In this document: piece after piece, positions 49,372-58,231 of the stretch | Position numbering within the stretch: position 1 is the stretch's first letter | Layout: each line of letters opens with the position of its first letter | Source: a candidate division FCPU426 bacterium | Lineage (GTDB): Bacteria; Oederibacteriota; PGYV01; Palsa-1178 | Assembly (NCBI GenBank): GCA_963840035.1 | Contig: CAWIXE010000002.1 | Coordinates: forward strand, 578,236-642,235 | Direction: 5' to 3' | Length of the DNA: 64,000 bases | Position numbers and translations under genes: made by a program | The notes under the pieces: generated by a model | The model's database searches: none | Told to the model about the DNA's origin: nothing | Seen by the model: only the letters and a program-made list of their open reading frames with translations

Positions 49372-51285
49372 ATGAAAAGGAAACTAAGTTTACTGATATT
49401 GTCCTTTATGTTCGTTATTGCCGCGTTTGCGGCTTTTGCGGCAGACGCACCATTTACTGTGGTTCCATGGAACGGGTATAAGGCAGCGGTTTCGCTGACG
49501 TATGACGACGGCGACCCCGTACACCTGGACCTTGTAATACCTGAAATGCAAAAGAGGCAGATGCGCGGCACATTTTTCCTTACCGCGGGTAATATATTAA
49601 GGAGCGAAGAATGGGCAAAAGCAGCGGCCTCAGGAATGGAGATAGGAAACCATTCCATGAAGCACAGGCACGCCAATGAACTCACAGCCGCGGATGAAAT
49701 AGAAGAAGTGGATACAGCGGGCAAAATATTAAAGGAACTTTCAGGACAGCCTGTGATGACCTACGCGTACCCGTTTGTCGAGATTACAAGCACCTTAAGG
49801 GCGCGCGTTGAGAAGGAATGCATCATGGCAAGAGGCGGCGGGCCGGGATACTATTATTACACACCTGATTCGGAACCTGACTGGTATAACATACACAGCC
49901 AGGGGACAGCTACTGAATATGGCTTTGAAAAATATAAGGACTGGATAGACCAGGACATGGAAACAGGCGCGTGGACAGTGTTTATGATACACGCCATAGA
50001 GGGCTCAAACTGGTTCCAGCCGGTGCCTAAAGACACTTTTATTAAGCTCCTTGACTATTTATACAGTAACCGCGGAGATGTCTGGACTGCGCCATTTGGC
50101 GAAGTAGGGGCGTACTGGAAGGCGCAAAAAACCATCGAGGCCGCTAAGATCGCGGATAAAAAAGGCAAAAAAATCATTAAGTGGAAAAAACCTGTGCCGT
50201 TCCCCGAGGGAGTTGTCCTAAAGGTACGCGTTAATACCGAAGGCAATATGCTCACCCAGGCCGGACAAAGGGTGCAGCCAATCGGGGATAATATCTATCC
50301 GGTTTCGTTTGACGCGGGTGAAATGACCATAGAGAAGGCCATGAAGAAAGATGTTTCTTTACAGGTAAACAACAAACCCGGTTTTTATACGGAAGGTAAG
50401 AAGATACTCGCCCCGGGAGGCGAAGAAGTGGTGTTTCGCGGCATTAATGAGATGTTTGTGTGGACGGACAAAGAAGGGGCAAAACTGCCGGAGATCGCGA
50501 AAACAGGCGCAAATTGCGTGAGGATAGTTTGGACCATAAAGGACGGGACAAAGGAAGAACTTGATAAGGTAATCACAAAATGTATCGCCAATAAAATGAT
50601 ACCGATAATCGAACTTCATGACAAGACGTGCAAGTGGGATGATGATGTGTTTAAGGACCTCACAGCATACTGGACAGACCCGGAAATGGTGAAGATAATA
50701 CAAAAACATGAAAAGTACCTCTTTATAAATTACGGAAATGAGATTGGCGACTGGAAAGTTACATCTGAAGAATACAGCGCAAAGTATTCCGCGGCCATTA
50801 AAGCCATGAGAAAGGCGGGCGTCCATGTGCCCATTATAATCGACGGCGCCAAATGCGGGCAGGACATGAATTTCTTTTATGCTGTTTCTGAAGATATAAA
50901 CAAAGCCGACCCGGACCATAACTTCATATTTTCCGTGCATATGTGGTGGACTGACAATGACCCGGTAAGAATTCAGGACGCCATCACCACGGCGGCTTAT
51001 ACAAAAGTCCCCCTTATTGTCGGCGAGTTTGCGGCAATGGGTGTCGGTTGCGCCGCAAATGTAGCGTATAAGACCATACTTGAAGAGTGCGCTAAGAATA
51101 ATGTCGGATGGCTCGCGTGGTCATGGGGCCCGGGCAACAGTGATTGCGCGCTTATGGACATGACAAAGGACGGTAAATTTGACACGCTCTACGGATGGGG
51201 AAAAGAAACTGCCCTGGATGATAAATACAGTATTAAAAACACATCAAAGATTCCGGAATATATTAAGCAAATGAAGGCGGAATAG
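49372..51285 (+). CDS. Bifunctional CE4 polysaccharide deacetylase (NodB domain) and GH5 endoglucanase/mannanase-like TIM barrel, secreted
   Basis: NodB motifs SLTYDDGDP, RGTFFL and GNHSMKH. The GH5 segment runs VVFRGIN...IIELHD...INYGNEIGD (acid) ...LIVGEFAAMG (nucleophile) ...WSWGPGN. Confidence 0.75.
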   Translation: MKRKLSLLILSFMFVIAAFAAFAADAPFTVVPWNGYKAAVSLTYDDGDPVHLDLVIPEMQKRQMRGTFFLTAGNILRSEEWAKAAASGMEIGNHSMKHRHANELTAADEIEEVDTAGKILKELSGQPVMTYAYPFVEITSTLRARVEKECIMARGGGPGYYYYTPDSEPDWYNIHSQGTATEYGFEKYKDWIDQDMETGAWTVFMIHAIEGSNWFQPVPKDTFIKLLDYLYSNRGDVWTAPFGEVGAYWKAQKTIEAAKIADKKGKKIIKWKKPVPFPEGVVLKVRVNTEGNMLTQAGQRVQPIGDNIYPVSFDAGEMTIEKAMKKDVSLQVNNKPGFYTEGKKILAPGGEEVVFRGINEMFVWTDKEGAKLPEIAKTGANCVRIVWTIKDGTKEELDKVITKCIANKMIPIIELHDKTCKWDDDVFKDLTAYWTDPEMVKIIQKHEKYLFINYGNEIGDWKVTSEEYSAKYSAAIKAMRKAGVHVPIIIDGAKCGQDMNFFYAVSEDINKADPDHNFIFSVHMWWTDNDPVRIQDAITTAAYTKVPLIVGEFAAMGVGCAANVAYKTILEECAKNNVGWLAWSWGPGNSDCALMDMTKDGKFDTLYGWGKETALDDKYSIKNTSKIPEYIKQMKAE

Positions 51286-51290
51286 CGCGT

Positions 51291-52796
51291 ATGAAATATA
51301 AAAATCCTGTAATACCCGGGTTTTACCCGGACCCCAGTGTCTGCTGTGTCGGCGGGGATTTTTACCTTGTCACCAGCAGCTTTGAGTATTTTCCCGGTGT
51401 ACCCATATTTCACAGCCGCGACCTGGTTAACTGGGTGCAAATAGGCCACGTCCTTGACCGCAAGAGCCAGCTGCCGCTTGAAAAAGCAGAATGTTTTTCA
51501 GGGATATACGCACCCACCATAAGGTATCATGAAGGCACTTTTTATGTGACAACAACAAACACATCCGGTATTGGAAATTTTATCGTATCAGCCAAAAACC
51601 CGCAAGGGCCGTGGTCGGACCCAATAGCAGTACCTCAGGGAGGGATCGATCCATCGCTTTTTTTTGACGCGGATGGAAGCGTATATTACACTACATCCGG
51701 CGGGGGCGCGCTGCAAAGTAAGATAGACATAAAAACAGGCAGGCTGCTCACCGAACCTGTGCTTGTATGGAAAGGCACAGGCGGAAGATATCCTGAAGCG
51801 CCGCATTTGTATTTTATAAATGGATGGTATTATTTAATGCTGGCGGAGGGCGGCACGGGATACGAGCATATGGTCACTATGGCGCGTTCTAAAAGTCCGT
51901 GGGGGCCTTTTGAACCCTGTCCGCGCAATCCAATACTGACACACAGAAGCATACCGAGCCTGATCAGGGCAACCGGACATGCTGATCTTGTTTTTACAGG
52001 GGAACACTGGTTTCTGGTATTCCTGGGAGTGCGCACATCAGGCTACGACGATACGCATAACCTGGGGCGTGAGACATTTTTAAGCCCTGTGACATGGCAT
52101 GAAGACGGATTCCCGGTGATAGGCAATAAAGGCATAATATCGGCTGAGATGGAGTCGCCTTTGGCTCCTGTTTTGGTACCTGAATTGCCTGCGCGTGATG
52201 ATTTTAACTCGGATAGAATTGCTTTTTACTGGAATTATCTGCGTAACCCCGATGAAAATTTGTATTCGTTAATAGAACGTCCCGGGTTCCTGCGGCTCAA
52301 GGGATCAAAGTACGGCCTTGACGATGTCGCGCCGACAGTATGGCTGGGCAGAAGGCAATGCCACCACAACGTTAAGGCAGCGGCCTGTATCGAGTTTAAA
52401 CCTTATAGCGCAAACGAAGAGGCTGGGTTATGCGTGCGAAAAAATGAAAATCATCACTATGAAATATTCCTGTCGTTAAGGGGCGGTAGAACATGCGTTG
52501 TGTTGAGGGAAACGATAGCGAACCTGAAAGTCGAGGTTGCGTCCGCGCCCGTAACGGAAGGCGTGGCTGAGAGCTGCATATTGGCTGTTGAAGCGGATGT
52601 AAACAACTATAGTTTTTCATACGGCCCGTCTGAAAAAGACCTGATACCGCTGGGAAATGGAATTACCCGCTATCTCTCATCGGAAATTGCGGGAGGCTTC
52701 ACTGGAGTCTATTTTGCCATGTACGCCGCCGGAAACGGCAGGCCATGCAAAAATCCGGCGGATTTTGACTGGTTTGATTATGCCGTAAAATCATGA
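51291..52796 (+). CDS. GH43 beta-xylosidase/alpha-L-arabinofuranosidase (XynB-like, with a C-terminal beta-sandwich)
   Basis: NPVIPGFYPDPSV and FYLVTSSFEYFPGVPIFHSRDLVNW, the canonical GH43 N-terminus. A length of 501 aa. Confidence 0.85.
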   Translation: MKYKNPVIPGFYPDPSVCCVGGDFYLVTSSFEYFPGVPIFHSRDLVNWVQIGHVLDRKSQLPLEKAECFSGIYAPTIRYHEGTFYVTTTNTSGIGNFIVSAKNPQGPWSDPIAVPQGGIDPSLFFDADGSVYYTTSGGGALQSKIDIKTGRLLTEPVLVWKGTGGRYPEAPHLYFINGWYYLMLAEGGTGYEHMVTMARSKSPWGPFEPCPRNPILTHRSIPSLIRATGHADLVFTGEHWFLVFLGVRTSGYDDTHNLGRETFLSPVTWHEDGFPVIGNKGIISAEMESPLAPVLVPELPARDDFNSDRIAFYWNYLRNPDENLYSLIERPGFLRLKGSKYGLDDVAPTVWLGRRQCHHNVKAAACIEFKPYSANEEAGLCVRKNENHHYEIFLSLRGGRTCVVLRETIANLKVEVASAPVTEGVAESCILAVEADVNNYSFSYGPSEKDLIPLGNGITRYLSSEIAGGFTGVYFAMYAAGNGRPCKNPADFDWFDYAVKS

Positions 52797-53066
52797 AAGT
52801 TGTCCCTGCTTTTTCAAAATAGCCGCATAATAATATCACAACCTTTTCAATTCCGGGGTACTGTATTTTAAGCAAACCAGAAAAACCGCAAAAAGGTGGC
52901 CGTTTTGTTTTGTACTCGGGCTTTCAAGCCGGAAGTAAACAAAACGTCTGTCGTTTCATAATCGCTTCCGGCTTATTGCGTTTCATTTTATTGACCCCAG
53001 TGTTATTTGACATTCGTGTATTTTAAGGTTATATACTTATTAGGGATTTCAAGTTTTGGGGGGGTT

Positions 53067-54203
53067 ATGAAAGCGCCAATTGTCATCCATTCACACGCGA
53101 AAGAATTCAAATTCAATGAAAAAATTATGTCCGCTTTGTTTGCCACCATGCCCGTTTATGTGGCGATAGTTGCCGCTGATGGTTGCGTAGTTTATGCCAA
53201 TGACGGGTTTTTAAGGCTGATGGGGCTCGTCAGGGATGACATCGAAAAGGGAAAACTTAACGGTTACAACATTACCTGGACGGGGCTGGATGGAAAAAAA
53301 GTGGAAAAATCAGAGATGCCTTTTGTCCGTGTCATCTCCACAGGCAAACCCATAACAAGCGAGATATACAGCCTGGAAATCCCCGGAAAAGGGCCGGTAT
53401 ATTTCTCCCTGAATGGTTCGCCGTATTTTGCGAAAAATGGCGGCGTAATCGGCGCTGTTTTCGTGATAACGGACGTGGATCATATGGTAAAGGCTGACCG
53501 GAAGCTGAAAGAAACTGTGGACGAACTCTCCACATTTTCGCATACCCTCGCGCACGATATGAAAACCCCGCTTCATACCATAGTCGGCTATGTGGAGCTT
53601 ATCCAGCAGCGCCACGGAAACGAGCTCTCCGGTGAAGCCCGGGAGCTTATGGGATTTGTCATAAGCGCCGCAAAGAGGGCATACACGCTTCAAAATGACC
53701 TCATGACTTATTTGAAGATAGGCCGGCTTCCGGTTATTTCCGGAAAAACCGAATTAAACCCGCTTGTTGACGAGGTAATAAACAACATAATGAGCGTTCT
53801 TATGGACTCGGGCAAAGAAGCGCATTTCAGCCATTCAAGCCTGCCGGCTGTGATGTCCGCAAACAGCCATATGTACGAGCTCTTTCAGAACCTCATAGAA
53901 AATGGAGTTAAATTTGTCAGGCCGGGAATCACTCCGGAAGTGACTGTGGGTTATATGAGGAAGGACGGCCTGTGCCTGTTTTCGGTAAAAGATAACGGAA
54001 TAGGCATCGCCCCCGAATACGCGGGAAAGCTTTTCAATATTTTTCAAAGGCTGCACGGCGAAGGCGAATATCCCGGAACGGGAATAGGGCTTGTGGTCTG
54101 CAAAAAAATAGTCTCAATATATGGCGGAACAATATGGTTTGAGTCGGCTCCCGGCGCAGGAACAACATTCTTCTTTACGCTCCCCGAAGCCCTGGTGTGC
54201 TGA
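53067..54203 (+). CDS. PAS-domain sensor histidine kinase; no cognate response regulator is adjacent
   Basis: H-box HTLAHDMKTPLHTIVGYVELI, N-box QNLIENGVKF and the G boxes DNGIGI and GTGIGLVVCKKIV. An N-terminal PAS-like region of about 120 aa. Confidence 0.8.
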   Translation: MKAPIVIHSHAKEFKFNEKIMSALFATMPVYVAIVAADGCVVYANDGFLRLMGLVRDDIEKGKLNGYNITWTGLDGKKVEKSEMPFVRVISTGKPITSEIYSLEIPGKGPVYFSLNGSPYFAKNGGVIGAVFVITDVDHMVKADRKLKETVDELSTFSHTLAHDMKTPLHTIVGYVELIQQRHGNELSGEARELMGFVISAAKRAYTLQNDLMTYLKIGRLPVISGKTELNPLVDEVINNIMSVLMDSGKEAHFSHSSLPAVMSANSHMYELFQNLIENGVKFVRPGITPEVTVGYMRKDGLCLFSVKDNGIGIAPEYAGKLFNIFQRLHGEGEYPGTGIGLVVCKKIVSIYGGTIWFESAPGAGTTFFFTLPEALVC

Positions 54204-54331
54204 CAGGATTAATCGGCATTCATTATGTCCGGTTAAAACCTCACGAAATGGCCCAGCCAGAAAATGAAAGATATCGTCAGCGCGTGCAGGACCCACCACA
54301 GCGGTTTTAAGAACTTGAATTTATCCATTTT

Positions 54332-54790
54332 TTACCTCCATAAAAGGTTCCCAAGATAATATACCAGTGATAAGACAACAAGGTGCACAGCCCAGAACCC
54401 GGTATTGGGATACCTGATCCATTTCCATCCGGGACTATGCGCTGGCTGTTCGGAAGAGAAAAACTCATTGCAAAACAGCGCCCTGCCTATGAAGAACTTG
54501 CCCAAAAGGATGGCTATATCCGGAACAAGGTTCCCCTTAATAAGGGAAAAATGGGACATGGTTATTACGCCGATAATGACTGAAAAACCGTTTATCAGGT
54601 AAGCAAGATGGATGGTCTTCCTGAAATAAAACATGACAGGCACCGCAATCATGCTTAAAAGGCCGGCTATGAACGGGACATAACCGTATAGATGTTTCTG
54701 GAAAGGGTGTATCCGGTAATGAAGGCCGAATCCGCCGAATGAAACCAAAAAAAGCGCTAAGATAAGTATTATCCTGTTGTAATTTTTCAT
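54332..54790 (-). CDS. Four-TM membrane protein, hypothetical
   Basis: Four hydrophobic helices. No motif recognised. Confidence 0.55.
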   Translation of the reverse strand: MKNYNRIILILALFLVSFGGFGLHYRIHPFQKHLYGYVPFIAGLLSMIAVPVMFYFRKTIHLAYLINGFSVIIGVITMSHFSLIKGNLVPDIAILLGKFFIGRALFCNEFFSSEQPAHSPGWKWIRYPNTGFWAVHLVVLSLVYYLGNLLWR

Positions 54791-55196
54791 GTTTCCCCCT
54801 TATGTGTTCTGATAAAGATATATATACACAATTTTAACGGTTTTGTCAAATGCGCGGGATATAATGCGGAATTTTTGCATCTTTTCTGCATTCATCTAAA
54901 TCAAAAAAATTTTCCAGTTTGATTGATTTGTCCAAAACCCCTGTTATACTTGTCATGGGGTCCAGCCCTGGGGCGATTACCGGGGCAGTTTCAGGGATAA
55001 GTTCGGGGTAATGTGGATGGTATACTTTTCAAAACCAAAGAAAATGCAAATAAAAAAGCCGGCGCCAAAAAAGAAGAGTAAAAAGAGGTTAAAAAATAAG
55101 AATGCAGTGCGGAAGCGCTGGTTTTTGCATACGTAATTATTCACACAACTTTTTCATGAAAGTTTTGATGCCAAACACAAAAAAACGGAGGGAATT

Positions 55197-55388
55197 ATGA
55201 GCGATCAAAAAAGATGCCCTGTAACCGGAGCTACAGCAGGCGCGCCTGCCGGACGTGGGAAGGCAAACCGGGATTGGTGGCCCAGTCAGGTCAATTTTAA
55301 GGTGCTTCACCAGCACGCGCAGGTTTCCAATCCCATGGACCGCGGATTTAATTGCGCCGAAGAATTTAAACAAGAGAGTAAAACATGA
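55197..55388 (+). pseudogene. katG: 5' remnant of a catalase-peroxidase (KatG) gene, about 60 of about 730 codons
   Basis: CPVTGA...NRDWWPSQVNFKVLHQHAQVSNPMDRGFNCAEEFK matches the KatG N-terminus (..RDWWPNQL..L.QHS..SNP.GEDFDY..EF). A GGAGGG RBS is retained. The ORF stops after 63 aa. Confidence 0.7.
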
Positions 55389-55398
55389 GGATGCCGTT

Positions 55399-55914
55399 AT
55401 GATACTTCCCAAGATACGCGACAAGCGGCTTATTACGCGGCGGCGCGGCGGGGTTTTGACGGATCCGGACCATCATTTGCTGGCGGTCTGGGCCGCGCAG
55501 TGCTCGCGCCATGTTCTCCGGCATTTTGAAAAGGCGCGGCCAAAGGACGACCGGCCGCGGCGCGCTGTTGATATGGCGCTTGCCTGGTCGCGTGGAAAGG
55601 CAACCATGAAACAGGCGCTGAAAGCCGCGTACGACGCAAATGCGTCAGCCAGGAAATTGACCGGCGCGGCGAAAATGGCGGCTTTATCCGCCGGGCAGGC
55701 GGCGGCTGTGGCGCATGTAGCCGCGCATGAACTGGGCGCTGCGGCTTACGCCATACGTGCTGTGATGGCGGCATCGCCTGAGGATAAAAGGGGAATTGCC
55801 GGGAAAAAAGAGCGGCAGTGGCAGATAAAAAGGCTGCCTGAAAAGATACGCGCTCTTGTAATCGATGATGAGCGGCTGCGCAATGATATTTGCTGGTTTG
55901 TGTTCGGTAACTGA
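55399..55914 (+). CDS. Ala/Arg-rich alpha-helical protein, hypothetical; GC-rich relative to its neighbours
   Basis: The ORF-track ORF is trimmed to the ATG that follows GAGGA, because the upstream part overlaps the katG fragment. Predicted all-helical. No catalytic motif. Confidence 0.5.
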   Translation: MILPKIRDKRLITRRRGGVLTDPDHHLLAVWAAQCSRHVLRHFEKARPKDDRPRRAVDMALAWSRGKATMKQALKAAYDANASARKLTGAAKMAALSAGQAAAVAHVAAHELGAAAYAIRAVMAASPEDKRGIAGKKERQWQIKRLPEKIRALVIDDERLRNDICWFVFGN

Positions 55915-55934
55915 CGTAAGGATGCACTCTGTTT

Positions 55935-56477
55935 TTATTTTTGTCTTTCGCTGAGCCTGGCCCGGTACATCCTTTCCCTTAACCCGCCCTCATTTACAAA
56001 CGCCGTTTCCAGCTGGCGCAGCTGCTGGTCGAGCAGGTAGTTGGTCTGGTGGATGAGGCAGATGATTGCGTTGGCTGCGGTTTCGGGAGGGCCTTCGAAA
56101 TAGGTCGTATAAGTCTTATATGACCTATCCGGTTTGCTTCCAAGGTGTCGTATGTCTAAAATCCTGGTATCGTCCTTAGGCCACAGTGACAGGCCGTGCT
56201 GCCGTAAGTAGTCCTGATAATCCAGCAGCAGCTCCTCCTGGCTTGCCCTGGCCACGCCGACCAGTTTTATCTCCGTCTCTTTTGATATCCCCGATGCCAT
56301 GCTTCCCTCGGCGATATTTTGCCTGCCGCTTCTGGCTGCCTGTATCATCTGGTCTGTAGTCCGGGAAAACCTGTTTATAAAAAGCTCACAAAACTTGACT
56401 GTCGCGTCATATACTATCTCTGACATCTGAAAAGACTTTAACTTCTGATACCCGCCGTGGGGGAGTATGATACTCAT
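55935..56477 (-). CDS. Four-helix-bundle protein (TIGR02436-like, the so-called 23S rRNA intervening-sequence protein family)
   Basis: A family-like core ..VYDATVKFCELF..QMIQAARSGRQNIAEG.. followed by a C-terminal extension. Its start overlaps the comM stop (ATGA). Confidence 0.55.
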   Translation of the reverse strand: MSIILPHGGYQKLKSFQMSEIVYDATVKFCELFINRFSRTTDQMIQAARSGRQNIAEGSMASGISKETEIKLVGVARASQEELLLDYQDYLRQHGLSLWPKDDTRILDIRHLGSKPDRSYKTYTTYFEGPPETAANAIICLIHQTNYLLDQQLRQLETAFVNEGGLRERMYRARLSERQK

Positions 56478-58030
56478 TACACACCGACTTTCCAGAAATC
56501 CCTGTCCAATGACCTGTACTGTATTGCCTCTGCTATATGCAGTGTCTGTATGTTTTCCGAGCCTTCAAGGTCGGCGATAGTACGGGAAACCTTCAGTATC
56601 CTGTCGTAAGCCCTTGCCGATAGCCCGAGGTTTTCTATGGCGTTTTTAAGCAGTTCCTGCGATTCATCCCCGAGTTGGCAGTATTTTTTTATGTGTTTGG
56701 GCCCCATATGCGCGTTGAAGTATATCTTTGTGCCTTTAAACCTTTTCTCCTGCGTTTTTCTCGCTTTGTTAACCCGTCCTCTTATGACTTCCGATGTTTC
56801 CGCCTCTGCCTGTGACGCCAGCTCGCTATACTGTACGACAGGCACTTCCACGTGTATGTCTATGCGGTCTAAAAGCGGGCCGGATATTTTTGATATATAT
56901 TTCTCGCGTTGCTGTATGGAGCAGGAGCAGGTCTTGGTCGGATGTGTGTTGTATCCGCAGGGGCAGGGATTCATGGCGGCAAGCAGCATGAACCTCGCAG
57001 GATAGGTAATGGACGTGGCCGCGCGGCTTATGGTCACCATGCCGTCTTCCAGGGGCTGACGAAGAACTTCTAGTACGTTCCTGTTAAACTCCGGCAGTTC
57101 GTCGAGGAAAAGCACGCCATTATGCGATATGGAAACTTCGCCGGGCCTGGGTATGGCGCCGCCGCCGATTAAACCCGCGTCAGAAATCGTGTGGTGCGGG
57201 GACCTGAAAGGGCGCGTGGCAATAAGCGCCGACTTCTCACGCATGATCCCCGAGACGCTGTGGATCTTGGTGGTTTCTATGGCTTCATCCAGGTTCATTT
57301 CAGGCAGTATGGTGGGGAAGCGTTTTGCCAGCATGGTCTTGCCTGAACCCGGAGGCCCTATCATGAGCATGTTATGGCCGCCTGCTGCCGAGATTTCCAG
57401 CGAGCGTTTAATATACTGCTGTCCTTTTACCTCGGAAAAATCCACAGTGTAACGCGATGACATACTGAAGGCCGCTTTAATGTCTATTTGATGTACAGGG
57501 ACATCCTGAGTGCCGTTTAAAAAGCCAATTACGTCTTTAAGCCCGCTTACGGGTATGACGTCTATGGATTCCACGACTGCTGCCTCATCCGCGTTAGCCA
57601 GGGGCAAAATAACCCCCTTATACCCCATTTCCCGCGCTAACAGGGCTATTGAGAGGCACCCTTTGACAGTGTTTATGGAGCCGTCCAGCGACAGTTCTCC
57701 GACTATGATATAGTCGTCAAGTTTGACCGATGAGATGTTACCGTCGGCGGCCATGATGCCTATGGCAATGGGGAGGTCGAAGGACGGGCCTTCTTTTTTT
57801 CTGTCGGCAGGAGACAGGTTGATGGTTATTTTCTTGTTGGGCGGGAAAAAGTACTCGGAATTTTTAATCGCGGATTTTACGCGGTCCTTGGATTCTTTAA
57901 CGGAAGTGTCGGGAAGCCCGACAAGGGACAGCCCGGGAAGCCCCGGTGATATGTCGACTTCAACTTCCACTTCATAAGCGTCAATACCTAAAATAGCGGC
58001 AGAACGGATTTTACCCAGCATAACTCGCAC
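56477..58030 (-). CDS. comM: YifB/ComM-family Mg-chelatase-like AAA+ ATPase
   Basis: N-terminal Lon-like domain ([30 protein letters not shown]), Walker A GPPGSGKT and Walker [12 protein letters not shown] length of 517 aa. Confidence 0.9.
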   Translation of the reverse strand: MRVMLGKIRSAAILGIDAYEVEVEVDISPGLPGLSLVGLPDTSVKESKDRVKSAIKNSEYFFPPNKKITINLSPADRKKEGPSFDLPIAIGIMAADGNISSVKLDDYIIVGELSLDGSINTVKGCLSIALLAREMGYKGVILPLANADEAAVVESIDVIPVSGLKDVIGFLNGTQDVPVHQIDIKAAFSMSSRYTVDFSEVKGQQYIKRSLEISAAGGHNMLMIGPPGSGKTMLAKRFPTILPEMNLDEAIETTKIHSVSGIMREKSALIATRPFRSPHHTISDAGLIGGGAIPRPGEVSISHNGVLFLDELPEFNRNVLEVLRQPLEDGMVTISRAATSITYPARFMLLAAMNPCPCGYNTHPTKTCSCSIQQREKYISKISGPLLDRIDIHVEVPVVQYSELASQAEAETSEVIRGRVNKARKTQEKRFKGTKIYFNAHMGPKHIKKYCQLGDESQELLKNAIENLGLSARAYDRILKVSRTIADLEGSENIQTLHIAEAIQYRSLDRDFWKVGV

Positions 58031-58094
58031 CCCTCTAAAGTGTTTTCGTTATTATATACATATTTGGGATAAAATCAAATGCTAAATTAATAAT

Positions 58095-58210
58095 TAGCCA
58101 ATAGCCAATATGCTTTTAGCCAATAAATATGGAAGCGCGCTTTGCGCGCATTTTATAATAGCGCAAAACCTTGTTTAATGGCTAAATGTTTATTGGATAT
58201 TGGCTAATTG
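58095..58210. promoter_or_regulatory. Array of TTAGCCAATA / TATTGGCTAA motifs plus a GCGCGC-TTT-GCGCGC element in the divergent comM/oxidoreductase intergenic region
   Basis: ttagccaatagccaata, ttagccaataaata, aatggctaaatg and tattggatattggctaattg all lie within about 120 bp. Confidence 0.5.
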
Positions 58211-58231
58211 TATTTATGATATAATATTTTT

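Noticed and set aside
52903-52966. Hairpin ccgttttgttttgtactcgggctttcaagccggaagtaaacaaaacg after the GH43 gene, considered as a terminator
   Set aside because: A strong stem but no downstream U-run. It is mentioned instead as a possible diverged member of the REP-like family.
54800-55196. Possible Fur/PerR-like box (acgtaattattcac) upstream of the katG fragment
   Set aside because: Only a partial match to 7-1-7 Fur/PerR consensus. Too weak to call without comparison to other promoters.
56637-57977. Plus-strand ORFs (60-120 aa) inside comM
   Set aside because: Antisense to a strongly supported AAA+ gene.
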